Below, in pieces: positions 35,541 to 43,466 of a stretch of DNA of 64,000 nucleotides (position 1 is its first letter; every line of letters starts with the position of its first letter). Below the pieces are notes generated by a model, which saw nothing but the letters and a program-made list of their open reading frames with translations, was not told the origin of the DNA and searched no databases. The stretch spans positions 33,214 through 97,213 of the forward strand of contig JAQUKX010000003.1 in NCBI GenBank assembly GCA_028718865.1, given 5' to 3'. Source of the stretch: Patescibacteria group bacterium (lineage in GTDB: Bacteria; Patescibacteriota; Patescibacteriia; UBA1558; GWA2-36-10). The position numbers were made by a program, and so were the translations under genes.

Positions 35541-35582
35541 TGTGAAAAAAATCTAATATAATTTTGGCACTTTTTATCCGTT

Positions 35583-36383
35583 TTAATATTGTTCAAGAAT
35601 TTCTATGTTCTCACCATCAATAGAAACTTTGGCTTTTATTGTATTTTTCACAGTTCCGCCAAAAGCATTTTTTCCTCTAAATGTTGTATTAACAATAAGA
35701 TGATTTTTCATGTCCCAATAAGTCGTTTCTACATGTTCATAGCTTTTAGGGTCATTCATTGCATTTTTTATCAATTTTGTAAGTTGAATGTGAGAGCCGT
35801 CCCAAGCACTAAATTGTTTTTCAATCATTTTTTTTCTTGCCTCCGCCTCTTCTTCAGCCTTTTTTCTTTCATACTCAACTAATTCTTTCTCAGTGAAAAT
35901 ACGATTGACTATTATTTTTTGTTCGGATTGTCCATTGCTATTTGAAACTTTTAAAGTAAAGGTATTTTTTTCGTCTGATAATTTTGCAGCATAGCTGAAT
36001 GTTCCATTTTCTGTTTTTATTACTACCCCGTTTATGTCAAGTATCGCATCTTTTGGATCAATAGTACCTTTTATGGTCGTTTCACTAGCTTGAATAGCAA
36101 ATCCTTCATTTGGCTCGGTAATCGCCAAGCTGGGGGTTCTGTTGAGGTGAGAATAAAGTCCGAGGAGTACGACGAAAAGCACAATTGCTAAAACAGTACC
36201 AATATATTTTTTCTTTTTATTCAATTTTGATTTTTTCCAAATATACCAAGTGAGAATTACAGGGATTGATATATACCAAATCCCTATAGCGAGAATAACC
36301 AAAAAGGCTTTTCCGATCCATTTTAGAATTTTTTTATCTTTATCACCAACGGAAGCTGGCGATTGTTCGTTTGGACTTGTCAT
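35583..36383 (-). CDS. Hypothetical membrane-anchored protein with a coiled-coil (cassette ORF).
   Basis: 266 aa; two TM helices near the N-terminus; KKAEEEAEARKK coiled segment. The antisense ORF 35589..35882 is spurious. Confidence 0.45.
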   Translation of the reverse strand: MTSPNEQSPASVGDKDKKILKWIGKAFLVILAIGIWYISIPVILTWYIWKKSKLNKKKKYIGTVLAIVLFVVLLGLYSHLNRTPSLAITEPNEGFAIQASETTIKGTIDPKDAILDINGVVIKTENGTFSYAAKLSDEKNTFTLKVSNSNGQSEQKIIVNRIFTEKELVEYERKKAEEEAEARKKMIEKQFSAWDGSHIQLTKLIKNAMNDPKSYEHVETTYWDMKNHLIVNTTFRGKNAFGGTVKNTIKAKVSIDGENIEILEQY

Positions 36384-36449
36384 AGTTTTACTTATTATAA
36401 TTAATAATAAAAAGTGCCAAAATTATCCTTTATCTTTATTTTTTCACAA

Positions 36450-36660
36450 AAGATAATTTCGCACAACAGTCGTGCATACGCGAAGTCGCGAGTGAAAGTG
36501 GCGGTGGTAAAATTACGAGCGAAGCGAGGAGACCACCGACACGAAACGAGCGATTTGCGCGAGCTTAATATCTACTTTTTAAATTGCAGAAAAATATTCT
36601 TTTACTTGAAACATTTTTGATACTACTGGCTTGCCGCGTATGCTGTGTTAGCTGATGTAG
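36450..36660. repeat. Compact complete cassette site.
   Basis: TCGCACAACAGTCGTGCATACGCGAAGTCGCGAGTGAAAG...CGAAACGAGCGATTTGCGCGAGC...TTGCCGCGTATGCTGTGTTAGCTGATG. Confidence 0.6.
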
Positions 36661-36680
36661 CGAAAAGCAGACTATGTTTC

Positions 36681-37736
36681 CTATTCAGTCTCTTCTGGAG
36701 TCGAGTCTTCCAAGTATCTATCACATTCTGTGGCAATCAGTTCACGTAGATTTGAGGTTGTATCTTTGTCGAAGTTGAGGCGCGCTTTGTTGTGAATGGC
36801 AGTCAAAGGACGTAATGTCTCGGTCGTTTTTGATAGCCCAAATCCTTCGGCATCGCCTAGCATAGTAAGGCGACCGCGCTTGATGTATGACTTGAGCATT
36901 TTTATTGCGGTTTCATCATCATACGAATCTATAATAGTTCGGATAGCATGCTGTGTTTCATTCCAGTCCTCGGAGCGACGCAGTTCCTCGATGCCGATGC
37001 TCATGGTAAAGTCGAGAAGATCAGTCGTCTTTTTATCAATCTCGCTGGTTTGCTTTTCTTTGTTATAGACTATATCAGGAATGTTGAGTACTGGTTCCGA
37101 AACGTCGACACCCTCTTTTTTTCTGAAGATAATGTCACTCGGCAGCACTTCCCCAATTGCTCCATATTCATCGTGGATGTTACGGATGTAGCGAGCCGAC
37201 TGGGCAAGTGCTTCAAAACGGTCAATCTCATCAAGGTCGTCGCCCTCAATCATATCTGAGCGAAAAATATCTTGAAGGGGTCGGCTCGCGCGGTAGATAT
37301 CGGGATCTTTGATCTCGATGCCCCATTCATGCGAAGCATACTCATTTTCGAGTCCAAGACGTTTCGCGTTTTCAGCTATTTCCTCTGGTGTACCTCGGTA
37401 ACGTTTCGTACCCGGAGCCAAGAATCTGAAAAACCAGCGAGGATGTTTCTTAAGCATTTCCACTGGGTTTTTGACCGTGTGTTCGTCATAGGTACGAAGA
37501 ACTGCGTCGCCCATCCGATCAACTTTCGAAATCATACCGCGCATGTCAAATACCATGCGGTCGCCATCATAGTTTACTTTTCCTCCGTATACACCAACGG
37601 TACTTTCATAGCCAAGCGCCTCCTTGGTTGGAAGATGAGACTCCTGCATTTTTTCTTGAACGCGAGAACGAACACTATCAAGTATTCCTTTTTTCTCGGG
37701 TTCGTTTGGTACGGGAGCTTGTTCAAATTTATTCAT
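36681..37736 (-). CDS. Hypothetical protein, 351 aa (largest cassette ORF).
   Basis: No recognisable motif; acidic C-terminus. The antisense track ORFs 36796..37068, 36948..37259 and 37272..37802 are spurious. Confidence 0.5.
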   Translation of the reverse strand: MNKFEQAPVPNEPEKKGILDSVRSRVQEKMQESHLPTKEALGYESTVGVYGGKVNYDGDRMVFDMRGMISKVDRMGDAVLRTYDEHTVKNPVEMLKKHPRWFFRFLAPGTKRYRGTPEEIAENAKRLGLENEYASHEWGIEIKDPDIYRASRPLQDIFRSDMIEGDDLDEIDRFEALAQSARYIRNIHDEYGAIGEVLPSDIIFRKKEGVDVSEPVLNIPDIVYNKEKQTSEIDKKTTDLLDFTMSIGIEELRRSEDWNETQHAIRTIIDSYDDETAIKMLKSYIKRGRLTMLGDAEGFGLSKTTETLRPLTAIHNKARLNFDKDTTSNLRELIATECDRYLEDSTPEETE

Positions 37737-37764
37737 ACAATTTTATTTAGTTGCTTTTCGCTAT

Positions 37765-37870
37765 TTCAGCTAACAGGCCAGCGTATGCGAAGTCGTGATT
37801 GAGCCTATGTGGTAGAATTCGCGAAGCGACCACGTAGGCGAAAGAACGATTTGGGTGAGCGAGCTAAGAC
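37765..37870. repeat. L-type cassette half-site.
   Basis: CAGCTAACAGGCCAGCGTATGCGAAGTCGTGATTGAGCC...CGAAAGAACGATTTGGGTGAGCGAGC. Confidence 0.6.
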
Positions 37871-38151
37871 CAACGATTATTTTTATATTCTCTAACTCTT
37901 TTAATAAATTCTTGTATATCATCTTTATGAATTAGTAATTCATGGTACTCGCTAGGATCCCCTTGAAAACGTAAATCGTCACCTAGACTTGGGTATCCTT
38001 CAATTTTTCCATTCACATAACGACTAGCGTATTGTGATTGTTGTCGCAGTAGATCAAGAGCAATATCGCCAAAATGTACATATCCATTTTCATCAACATC
38101 AAATAGTTTACCCTCAATTTCTATTTGATCTTTAGGTTGTTCAAATTTCAT
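37864..38151 (-). CDS. Hypothetical small protein (cassette ORF).
   Basis: 95 aa. Confidence 0.45.
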   Translation of the reverse strand: MKFEQPKDQIEIEGKLFDVDENGYVHFGDIALDLLRQQSQYASRYVNGKIEGYPSLGDDLRFQGDPSEYHELLIHKDDIQEFIKRVREYKNNRWS

Positions 38152-38159
38152 ATTTTTTA

Positions 38160-38210
38160 TTGTTAGCTCGCGAACCGCATACGCGGTGTTGTGCGCTGTC
38201 AGATGTATTG
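38160..38210. repeat. R-type cassette half-site.
   Basis: GCTCGCGAACCGCATACGCGGTGTTGTGCGCTG; itself a ~33-bp imperfect palindrome. Confidence 0.6.
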
Positions 38211-38227
38211 AATTTTAAAAATTTGCA

Positions 38228-38331
38228 GCTCTTGACATATTATTAGATATATTATATTATAATATATCGGCTTTAATGGCCGAAACCCAGCTACGAGGCG
38301 GTCGTAGCAGTTCTTTCAAAGGAGTTGTCAC
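38228..38331 (+). promoter_or_regulatory. Consensus promoter and SD for the GC-rich ORF 38332-38859.
   Basis: CTTGACATATTATTAGATATATTATATTATAATAT (TTGACA ... TATAAT) and CAAAGGAGTTGTCAC-ATG. Confidence 0.5.
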
Positions 38332-38859
38332 ATGACGGCCAAGAATGCTGTCGCCGACGATGTCCTCGGACGGATCACTCGTAAGCTTCTGGACTTGTTG
38401 CGTCGAATCCTTGAGGGTTCGGTGGAAACCACTCGGGCCTCATTCTTCATCCAGCGTGCAATCGAGAATCCGCCGACCCCCAAGACCCCCGGTCCGGGAG
38501 AAGCGGGCATCTACGTACTCGAGAGCTACTGGTGCTACGACAAGGCGAACTACGATTTCGCTACGATCAGCTTGGAGTGGGGTGGTGAGCCTACTTGGTT
38601 TTTCGAAGATCTTCTCAAGGAAGACATCTCGGAGGACGCTAGGGGCTTTTTGCTGCGCACGCTTCGGCGGATTTACGAAGCGCAGATCCCAGATCATGGT
38701 CGGCGGAGGATGATGCGGCTCTATCGCGTCTCTTACCGCAATTGTCTGGGAAATTTCGAGGGTTCTCTGGGTCGTCCACTTCGTGACCTTCATTTCTCGC
38801 TTGAGCCTGTTTGTGAGTTCGACGAACAAGGCGAACCCCTTCCCGTCGGAACACTGTAG
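38332..38859 (+). CDS. GC-rich (~58%) hypothetical protein; inverted self-contained unit.
   Basis: 175 aa, no signal peptide. The overlapping ORFs 38345..38713, 38440..38871, 38639..39028 and 38328..38510 are GC artefacts. Confidence 0.55.
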   Translation: MTAKNAVADDVLGRITRKLLDLLRRILEGSVETTRASFFIQRAIENPPTPKTPGPGEAGIYVLESYWCYDKANYDFATISLEWGGEPTWFFEDLLKEDISEDARGFLLRTLRRIYEAQIPDHGRRRMMRLYRVSYRNCLGNFEGSLGRPLRDLHFSLEPVCEFDEQGEPLPVGTL

Positions 38860-38939
38860 TCTCAAGTACAAGGCAACATGATATCGTTCCCGCCGAGTAG
38901 CGTAAGCAAAAGGCGGGTTTTTTATTTGTATAAAATTTT

Positions 38940-39180
38940 AGATTAAGAAAATACATCTGATTGCGTACAACAGTCAGGCGTATGCGATGTCCCGAACGAG
39001 CTTTGCGGTAAAATAGTGCGGAGCACACCGCAAAGGCGAGTGAGGGATGTAGGCTAAAGCTTACACCTATTATATAGTAAAATTAAAAGTGCCTAAGCTA
39101 ATTTAAGCACTTTTATTCTTTCTTTACAAGCAAACTCTAGTGTGAGCTTAGCCGCATACGCGGTGTTGTGTGAAGTACAT
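38940..39180. repeat. Compact complete cassette site.
   Basis: TGCGTACAACAGTCAGGCGTATGCGATGTCCCGAACGAGC...GAGTGAGGGATGTAGGC...AAAAGTGCCTAAGCTAATTTAAGCACTTTT...GCCGCATACGCGGTGTTGTGTGAAG. Confidence 0.65.
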
Positions 39181-39248
39181 GTTTTCCTTAGAAATTGTTT
39201 TATCAAATTTACTAGAAAATCCGATTTTGTTTTTAAAGATAGGTTATT

Positions 39249-40502
39249 TTATGCCCCAAAAGCAAATATTTGTTGTTGTGAATATGTGGGTTCTTCTATT
39301 TCTTCTTCAATCTCACCATTTAACATTTTTATTAAGTTGGTACCTATGTGATAGCCAAGATTTACTGGCACGGCATTGCCAATTTGTTTATATTGTTGAG
39401 AAACTGAGCCAGAAAATTTCCAATTGTCTGGGAATGTTTGTATTCTTGCATATTCTCTCACAGTGAGAGGCCTTGTTTCTTCTGGGTGACATCTCTCTGT
39501 TTGTTTTTGTGCGGGGCTACAAGTTAAAGTCAATGAAGGTTCATCCCAAGATAGTCTTCTTGCCATTCCAGTTTTGCCACCGCCCATATAAAAACTTGCC
39601 CCCATGTATTCTTTCTGTAAGTTTTCCGGTAAATCTCTCCAATATCCACCTGGTGGTATAAGTTTTAGAATTTTTTTCTTTTTTTCAGGGTACTCTTGTC
39701 CTTCAGATTTTGGACATTTATCAAAAGCTTCTCGTAGTGAAATTATATAGTCTTTTTCTTTTGGGAATACTATCGGAATATTTAGATCATTTCTAACGCC
39801 TATAATAATTAGACGCTCTCTTTTTTGCGGAACATCTAAATATTGGGAACGGAGGACTTTGTATTTTACCTTATAACCAATTTCTTCTAAAACAGAAATC
39901 ATAGTTTTTAAAGTTCTTCCATTATCATGAGTTAGTAAGCCCCGCACATTTTCACCAATAGCTATTTTTGGCTGTACTTCTTTTACACATCTGGCAAATT
40001 CAAAAAACAATGTTCCTCTGATATCTTCAAAACCCATTTTTCTTCCAGCGTATGAAAAAGTTTGACAAGGAAAGCCGCCCTGGACAATATCAGCTTGTCC
40101 TTTTGTAAATTTTAAATTACGAATGTCATCTTCAATTACATTCCAATGAGGTTTGTTTATTCTTAAAGTTTGGCAGGCGTGTTTATCATATTCATTTAAT
40201 AGAACGTGTTGAATGCCCGCATTTTCCATTCCTAATGCAGTGCCCCCAGCTCCAGCAAATAACTCAATAGCGGTGTAAGGGGATGATTCTTTATTTTTTA
40301 AAATTTTAAATTTATTGCTTTTGGTTCCTTGTGTTTTATTTTGTACCCGTTTGATTTCTTCTAAGCTAAAAATGCGGGCATTTTTGTCATCCCTAAAAGA
40401 TTTTACAAGGCCTCTTTTGTCCCAACGCCTTATTGTATCGACTGAAATGTTTAGTAGATTTGCTGTTTGACCAGCAGTAAAATGTTTTTGTTTATTTTTC
40501 AT
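39249..40502 (-). CDS. DNA (cytosine-5)-methyltransferase with an N-terminal MerR-like HTH.
   Basis: 417 aa; N-terminal QTANLLNISVDTIRRWDKRGLV; MTase motifs LFAGAGG (I), GFPCQTFSYAGR (IV), ENVRGL (VI), QIGNAVPV (X). Confidence 0.85.
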   Translation of the reverse strand: MKNKQKHFTAGQTANLLNISVDTIRRWDKRGLVKSFRDDKNARIFSLEEIKRVQNKTQGTKSNKFKILKNKESSPYTAIELFAGAGGTALGMENAGIQHVLLNEYDKHACQTLRINKPHWNVIEDDIRNLKFTKGQADIVQGGFPCQTFSYAGRKMGFEDIRGTLFFEFARCVKEVQPKIAIGENVRGLLTHDNGRTLKTMISVLEEIGYKVKYKVLRSQYLDVPQKRERLIIIGVRNDLNIPIVFPKEKDYIISLREAFDKCPKSEGQEYPEKKKKILKLIPPGGYWRDLPENLQKEYMGASFYMGGGKTGMARRLSWDEPSLTLTCSPAQKQTERCHPEETRPLTVREYARIQTFPDNWKFSGSVSQQYKQIGNAVPVNLGYHIGTNLIKMLNGEIEEEIEEPTYSQQQIFAFGA

Positions 40503-40567
40503 ATAAAAAATGATAGAGGATATCTATCATTAGTATATCATAATAACCACTGCCTATGCAAAGGTTA

Positions 40568-41275
40568 TTATGTGGAAAAAGCCATTTGGAATAATTTAAA
40601 GTATTCCCTCATTTCTTTTTGGCTAAGATTATATTTATGTTTGTCCATTATAACCTTTGGCAATACTTCAAATAATTCTTGTAGAGCCTTTTCTCTTCCG
40701 GTTGCCAGCGCATAAAAACTAACGCCATCTATAACTCTTATTTTATTGTTGGAAGGGCGGCGTTTTCCATTCTTTTTATTATCTGAAGGCACGAAGGGCT
40801 TGTCATATTTTTTCTTTCCTTGTGGTATGATCTCTACAAAGTAACCAGTATAACCACTATATCTTTCCATTTTTAATTTTGATTTTATTGAATCATAAAT
40901 CTCAACTTTATGGTTGCCTTTTGTAGTATTAAATTTATTTTTTACTTCCGCAATAATTTTCATTTTTTCATTTATGACGTCTAAGCCGCCCCCTTTACCT
41001 AAATTTTGCCAGTCATTAACAGAACCTAAAATATCTTGGTGAAAATCACCAATAGCATTTTGCATTGTTTTTTGAATTTGTCTAGCTTTTTCTAATTCCA
41101 GCCAGTCTTTACAAGATATTGAGTGAGTTACACCATGAAACAAGGCCGAAAAAGGGTCTATTACATTTTTATACAATTTTTTTTCTGCGTCATTTTCTGC
41201 AGCATCTATTACTGTAATAACTTTTTTTACTGCAGCGCATAGATCTTTGTCTGATATAAATTTTAGATAAGGCAT
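40568..41275 (-). CDS. Candidate type II restriction endonuclease, partner of the C5-MTase.
   Basis: 235 aa directly downstream of the MTase in the same cassette. Possible PD-(D/E)xK arrangement GLDVINEKMKIIAEVK. Assignment is by context only. Confidence 0.4.
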   Translation of the reverse strand: MPYLKFISDKDLCAAVKKVITVIDAAENDAEKKLYKNVIDPFSALFHGVTHSISCKDWLELEKARQIQKTMQNAIGDFHQDILGSVNDWQNLGKGGGLDVINEKMKIIAEVKNKFNTTKGNHKVEIYDSIKSKLKMERYSGYTGYFVEIIPQGKKKYDKPFVPSDNKKNGKRRPSNNKIRVIDGVSFYALATGREKALQELFEVLPKVIMDKHKYNLSQKEMREYFKLFQMAFST

Positions 41276-41389
41276 GGGTATTTAAAAAATTATTTACTAA
41301 AGATATTATAGCTTAATTACTATATTAAATAAACAATTAAAAAAAATCGGATTTTTAATATTTCAAGCTTAATGATTTACTTAGGAAAA

Positions 41390-41510
41390 CATGTATTTCA
41401 TACAACAGACAAGCGTATGCGAAGTCACGAAGTGAGTGAAGGGGCTATAATTTCGGCAGAGCCGAGCCCCGAAATGAACGAGTGATTTGGGTGAGCGAGT
41501 TAAATATTAT
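41390..41510. repeat. L-type cassette half-site.
   Basis: TCATACAACAGACAAGCGTATGCGAAGTCACGAAGTGAGTGAAGG...GAACGAGTGATTTGGGTGAGCGAG. Confidence 0.6.
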
Positions 41511-41761
41511 TGTTGTTTTATTTTAGTTTTCCCTAATTTACTTAATAGCTCCGCAATAAATCCGGATAATATTCCCACAATAGCTCCTTTTAGGAGTATT
41601 AACCAATTAAAATTATTACCTTGGAATTTTAATGCCAAAGAAATGATAGCTCCAATAATAATGCCCAATGTCAGTCCGCCCCACACTGCATTTTTTGATT
41701 TCCAATACATTAATAATAATATGATTGCTATTACGCCTAATATTATCCAAATTGTGTTCAT
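41507..41761 (-). CDS. Small membrane protein (2-3 TM).
   Basis: 84 aa; MNTIWIILGVIAIILLLMYW... The antisense ORF 41487..41783 is spurious. Confidence 0.45.
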   Translation of the reverse strand: MNTIWIILGVIAIILLLMYWKSKNAVWGGLTLGIIIGAIISLALKFQGNNFNWLILLKGAIVGILSGFIAELLSKLGKTKIKQQ

Positions 41762-41777
41762 GTTTTTATTTAAATTT

Positions 41778-41822
41778 ATTTAACTCGCGAACCGCATACG
41801 CGGTGTTGTGTGATGTTTGAAC
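41778..41822. repeat. R-type cassette half-site.
   Basis: ACTCGCGAACCGCATACGCGGTGTTGTGTGATG. Confidence 0.6.
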
Positions 41823-41828
41823 CCTTTT

Positions 41829-42680
41829 TTATATTTTTTTAATATGATTATTTTCTAATACATATTCAGATTCGAAATTGAAGACATTTTTAGGAAGTGG
41901 ATTTTTAGCAAAGGGATTATGGACTAATACTACCCGTTTACCCAATTTTTCATTTACAAGATTGATTAAATGATCAGTGCAGTAGATTATTGCTGAGATT
42001 TCTTTATGACTATTATTGCAAAAATAGGTTGTGTCAATTTCAATACCATTTTTCTTTTTTATTTTAGGGCGCAGTGAGTAGCCAGATTCTTTTGTTTTTA
42101 AATTTATTTGTTGATGCCCAACTGCAAAAACGGCACTGAGGATAAGAGGAAATCCAGGGTCAATATGTTGTGTTTCATATCTATTTATAGCAATAATAAA
42201 TGGTTCATTATCTTTTACTTGTTGGTTTAAATATTTATTGATAAAAATATTATATTTTATATCTATCGCATTAGTTATTCTAATGATCATTTGTTCTTCT
42301 GGTAAATCTTGACACTGGATTTCTGACAGATCTTCAGCTACATACATTTCGTCTACAGCGTCATTTCCTCTTGATGCAGTAGTTGTTTCACACCAAGCTA
42401 TTGAGTCTTCAATTTCGAATTTAATATCAGGGCCAGAGTTTGATTTAGAATATATTTTTATTTTTTGATCAAGAAATATACATGCAAGATACATTTCCCA
42501 TAATCTTTGATGAAATTGATTTCTGGTTTCAATTAAAAAATTATCATCAGCATAGGGGTAATATTTTTTCCAAAGATTTTCAATAAAAATACGAAAATAT
42601 TCTCTTTCCTTTTCATCTCGGTTGAAGATATAATTTTTATCTTGTGCTGATTTATTGTTAAAAAAGGGTTCAAATTTCAT
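41829..42680 (-). CDS. Hypothetical protein, 283 aa (cassette ORF).
   Basis: Its start codon is the CAT of the L-site CATACAACAG; on the minus strand this reads GTTGTATGAAATTTGAA, i.e. the start overlaps the GTTRRRY-like core. Confidence 0.5.
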   Translation of the reverse strand: MKFEPFFNNKSAQDKNYIFNRDEKEREYFRIFIENLWKKYYPYADDNFLIETRNQFHQRLWEMYLACIFLDQKIKIYSKSNSGPDIKFEIEDSIAWCETTTASRGNDAVDEMYVAEDLSEIQCQDLPEEQMIIRITNAIDIKYNIFINKYLNQQVKDNEPFIIAINRYETQHIDPGFPLILSAVFAVGHQQINLKTKESGYSLRPKIKKKNGIEIDTTYFCNNSHKEISAIIYCTDHLINLVNEKLGKRVVLVHNPFAKNPLPKNVFNFESEYVLENNHIKKI

Positions 42681-42822
42681 ACAACAGACAAGCGTATGAG
42701 AAGTTGACCGTGGAGTAGCTATGATAAAATTATATCATCATAGCTACGAACGGGCAATTTGCGAAAACCAGCCTTTTTTGGCTGTTTTTCCTCATACGCG
42801 GTGTTGTGTGATGTCGAATTTT
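42678..42822. repeat. Compact complete cassette site (shortest, ~145 bp).
   Basis: CATACAACAGACAAGCGTATGAGAAGTTGACCG-[hairpin ATGATAAAATTATATCATCAT]-...CCTCATACGCGGTGTTGTGTGATG. Confidence 0.65.
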
Positions 42823-42864
42823 CTTAATATAAAGGCCATTATTTAGGGGAATTTTTATTATTTT

Positions 42865-42966
42865 TAAGATTGACAGAATGTAGTATTTATGATATAATAC
42901 ACTATTCGCCAAAAATAGACTAATTCTGGCTATTGGCGTGTACACCACAGTCAGGAGGTAAGAAAG
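42865..42966 (+). promoter_or_regulatory. Consensus promoter and SD for 42967-43266.
   Basis: GATTGACAGAATGTAGTATTTATGATATAATAC (TTGACA-N17-TATAAT) and AGTCAGGAGGTAAGAAAG-ATG. Confidence 0.55.
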
Positions 42967-43266
42967 ATGTACGGACCTCTTTTTCAAATCAGTGACGAGC
43001 TCGTTTGGAAGGACGAGCCTGCCCCAGGGCACGAAGAGGCTGGCCCCTTCAAGGTGGCCACTGTCGAGAACAACAACGACCCTGATGCTTGCGTATGCGG
43101 TGCATCCCGCAAGAACGGTTACATTCACTACGACGACGTCGAAGAAGGTGACTGCTGCGGTGAACTGCCGGCACAGTGGGTGACGATCACCTGCAACGGG
43201 ATCATCGTCAAGAACCGTGATGGCTCTGACGCCGTCTTCTGCTCTGACTGGTTCCGCAAGGCCTGA
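42967..43266 (+). CDS. Small GC-rich (~58%) Cys-rich protein; the cassette nearest the recombinase, inverted.
   Basis: 99 aa with 7 Cys (CVCG...CCGE...C...C). A palindrome CCCGGGTTAGAATAGGGTCTC follows the stop. The ORF 42992..43183 is spurious. Confidence 0.55.
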   Translation: MYGPLFQISDELVWKDEPAPGHEEAGPFKVATVENNNDPDACVCGASRKNGYIHYDDVEEGDCCGELPAQWVTITCNGIIVKNRDGSDAVFCSDWFRKA

Positions 43267-43377
43267 ACGGCCAGCCCTCTACGAGACCCGGGTTAGAATA
43301 GGGTCTCATTTTTTTACTTCAAAAAATTCCCAAACTAAAAAATAATCTCTAAAAGATTATTTATCTAATGAATAGAA

Positions 43378-43466
43378 AATTCGATTTCATACAACAGCTT
43401 GTTTGTGCACCTATTGACAGTTTAGCCAATATCAGCCAACATGTAAATAGATATCATTAATCACAA
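43378..43466. promoter_or_regulatory. Terminal L-type site plus candidate attI / recombinase promoter region.
   Basis: TTCATACAACAGCTTGTTTGTGCACCTATTGACAG... immediately upstream of the recombinase gene. It is the last site of the array. Confidence 0.4.

Noticed and set aside
36796-37802. Plus-strand ORFs 36796..37068, 36948..37259, 37272..37802
   Set aside because: They are antisense to the 351-aa cassette ORF 36681-37736, which follows the array's uniform orientation and site spacing. The plus-strand frames are low-complexity.
38328-39028. ORFs 38328..38510(-), 38345..38713(+), 38440..38871(-), 38639..39028(-)
   Set aside because: These are overlapping frames of the GC-rich gene 38332-38859 or extend into the repeat site. 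There is no independent support.
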